From the NCBI GenBank assembly GCA_903813345.2, contig CAIIXF020000001.1, forward strand, positions 25,730,001 to 25,794,000: a stretch of 64,000 bases of DNA, given 5' to 3'. The translations under genes and the position numbers were made by a program. Position 1 is the first letter of the stretch; each line of letters starts with the position of its first letter. The DNA comes from Owenia fusiformis (taxonomy: Eukaryota). Of this stretch, positions 62,895 through 64,000 are shown piece after piece. The notes beneath the pieces were generated by a model that ran no database searches, was not told the origin of the DNA, and saw only the letters and a list, made by a program, of their open reading frames with translations.

Positions 62895-64000
62895 TAGGGT
62901 GGCTCAAAATAATTTTTTTTTGGAAATGTTATGCTCCCTACGTGAATCGAGTTGCATTTTGGGGTTAATATCACCTGTGATTTTTTTCAAATTTTTTAGT
63001 CAACTTTTAGGGGTCCCCCACAGCCTTTGAAGTTTGCCCATAGGCTTAACATTAGTGGGCGTCGCCCAAAATCGTACTTTGTTGAAGTTTTCTTCTAGAG
63101 TGATTTATATATGTTGTGTGAAGAAAAACAACATTGTATATGATATTATTAGATGTTTAAATCATCATATTACTCTGTTTCATCATGTGAACTTATATAA
63201 AAGGTTATACTTACAATATCCTATTAACAAAATATTAGGTACATTCGACCAGTATAATTATTTAAACAAGTACAGTTTTAGAGAATCATGTCTCATATAT
63301 GATTTGGTATTGTCATTATAATGGTTTAAACTGTAAAAGGTATATTCATTCTTGACATTCAATGTTTTAAACATGGTTCAGATCAGATTTTCTTCCTCTA
63401 TGATCTGAGCGTTCAGCACATACATTGTCATGATGCGCCGCGTCACAGGTCATTTGAGATATTCCTGCAGATGATACCAGAACTTGAGACCGTGAAGAGG
63501 TGCTGTGGTTGTCAACGGGGCACTTAAGAAATACCATCCGTAGAGACAGACCACAAATCCCACAAGTTGTGTTATCCTCTGCAGTTGCTGTGGAGTAAGT
63601 TGGACAAATAAGTGGCTGAGCATGAATATCTTCAAGAGGTTGAGACTCTTCCCCATGAACCTGACATGGTGGTAGGCTCCAGGTTGGTCGCAGCTCTTGG
63701 CAGTGTAAGACAGAGCAAGAGAGGAGAAGCAGGAGCTTGCTACAGCACTGCTCAACATCCCATGGCCTGTACAATTTGCAACTGGCAAACCAGGACAGCC
63801 TGAATTCAACCCAGTTGCTGCTTGATTAGGCAATGTTAAACCATCACTAGCAATGTTTGTAACTGAGAGATCTTGGCTCTTATCGTGACAATGTATGTGT
63901 TGTGCGCTCAGAGCAACTTATATTCAAACCCAGAATTTCTGTCAAGACCTGCATTCTGAGAATGATCCAGCTGAACAAGCAGTGAAGCTGGTACAGGAAT
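62895..64000 (-). mobile_element. Decayed hAT-superfamily (hATm-like) transposon end with transposase remnant
   Basis: Terminus TAGGGTGGCTCAAAA at 62895. Minus-strand peptide PGAYHHVRFMGKSLNLLKIFML...YGWYFLSAPL...APLHGLKF resembles the PGAxHxARWMxKxxYxLKI motif, and DNVCAERS in another frame resembles NDxAER. Interrupted by stops and frameshifts. Confidence 0.55.

Overview
AT-rich animal genomic DNA, probably lophotrochozoan or molluscan (inferred from gene content and repeat types), with spliceosomal GT-AG introns, so the ORF track shows only exon fragments. In order: (1) the end of a 59-bp satellite array (1-3260). (2) Three tandem, 4-exon, minus-strand paralogues encoding secreted proteins of eight 4-Cys modules (34 conserved Cys) that I cannot assign to a named family. 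(3) A 16-exon NEK8 kinase-RCC1 gene (minus) with an intronless DEG/ENaC (FaNaC-like) channel gene nested antisense in intron 7, and a minisatellite made of copies of its own exon-15 donor junction. (4) RPS12 (minus) with a 5'TOP-like start and three intronic box C/D snoRNAs, two of them identical SNORD100-like copies. (5) UQCC1 (minus) head-to-head with MRPL53 (plus, partial). (6) A decayed hATm-like transposase at the right edge. Non-coding DNA is dense with non-autonomous DNA transposons (hAT-, mariner-, Harbinger-, AcademH- and Helentron-like), plus a TG...CA element carrying a tRNA-like sequence. All exon boundaries were read by eye and all family assignments come from recalled motifs, not database searches.
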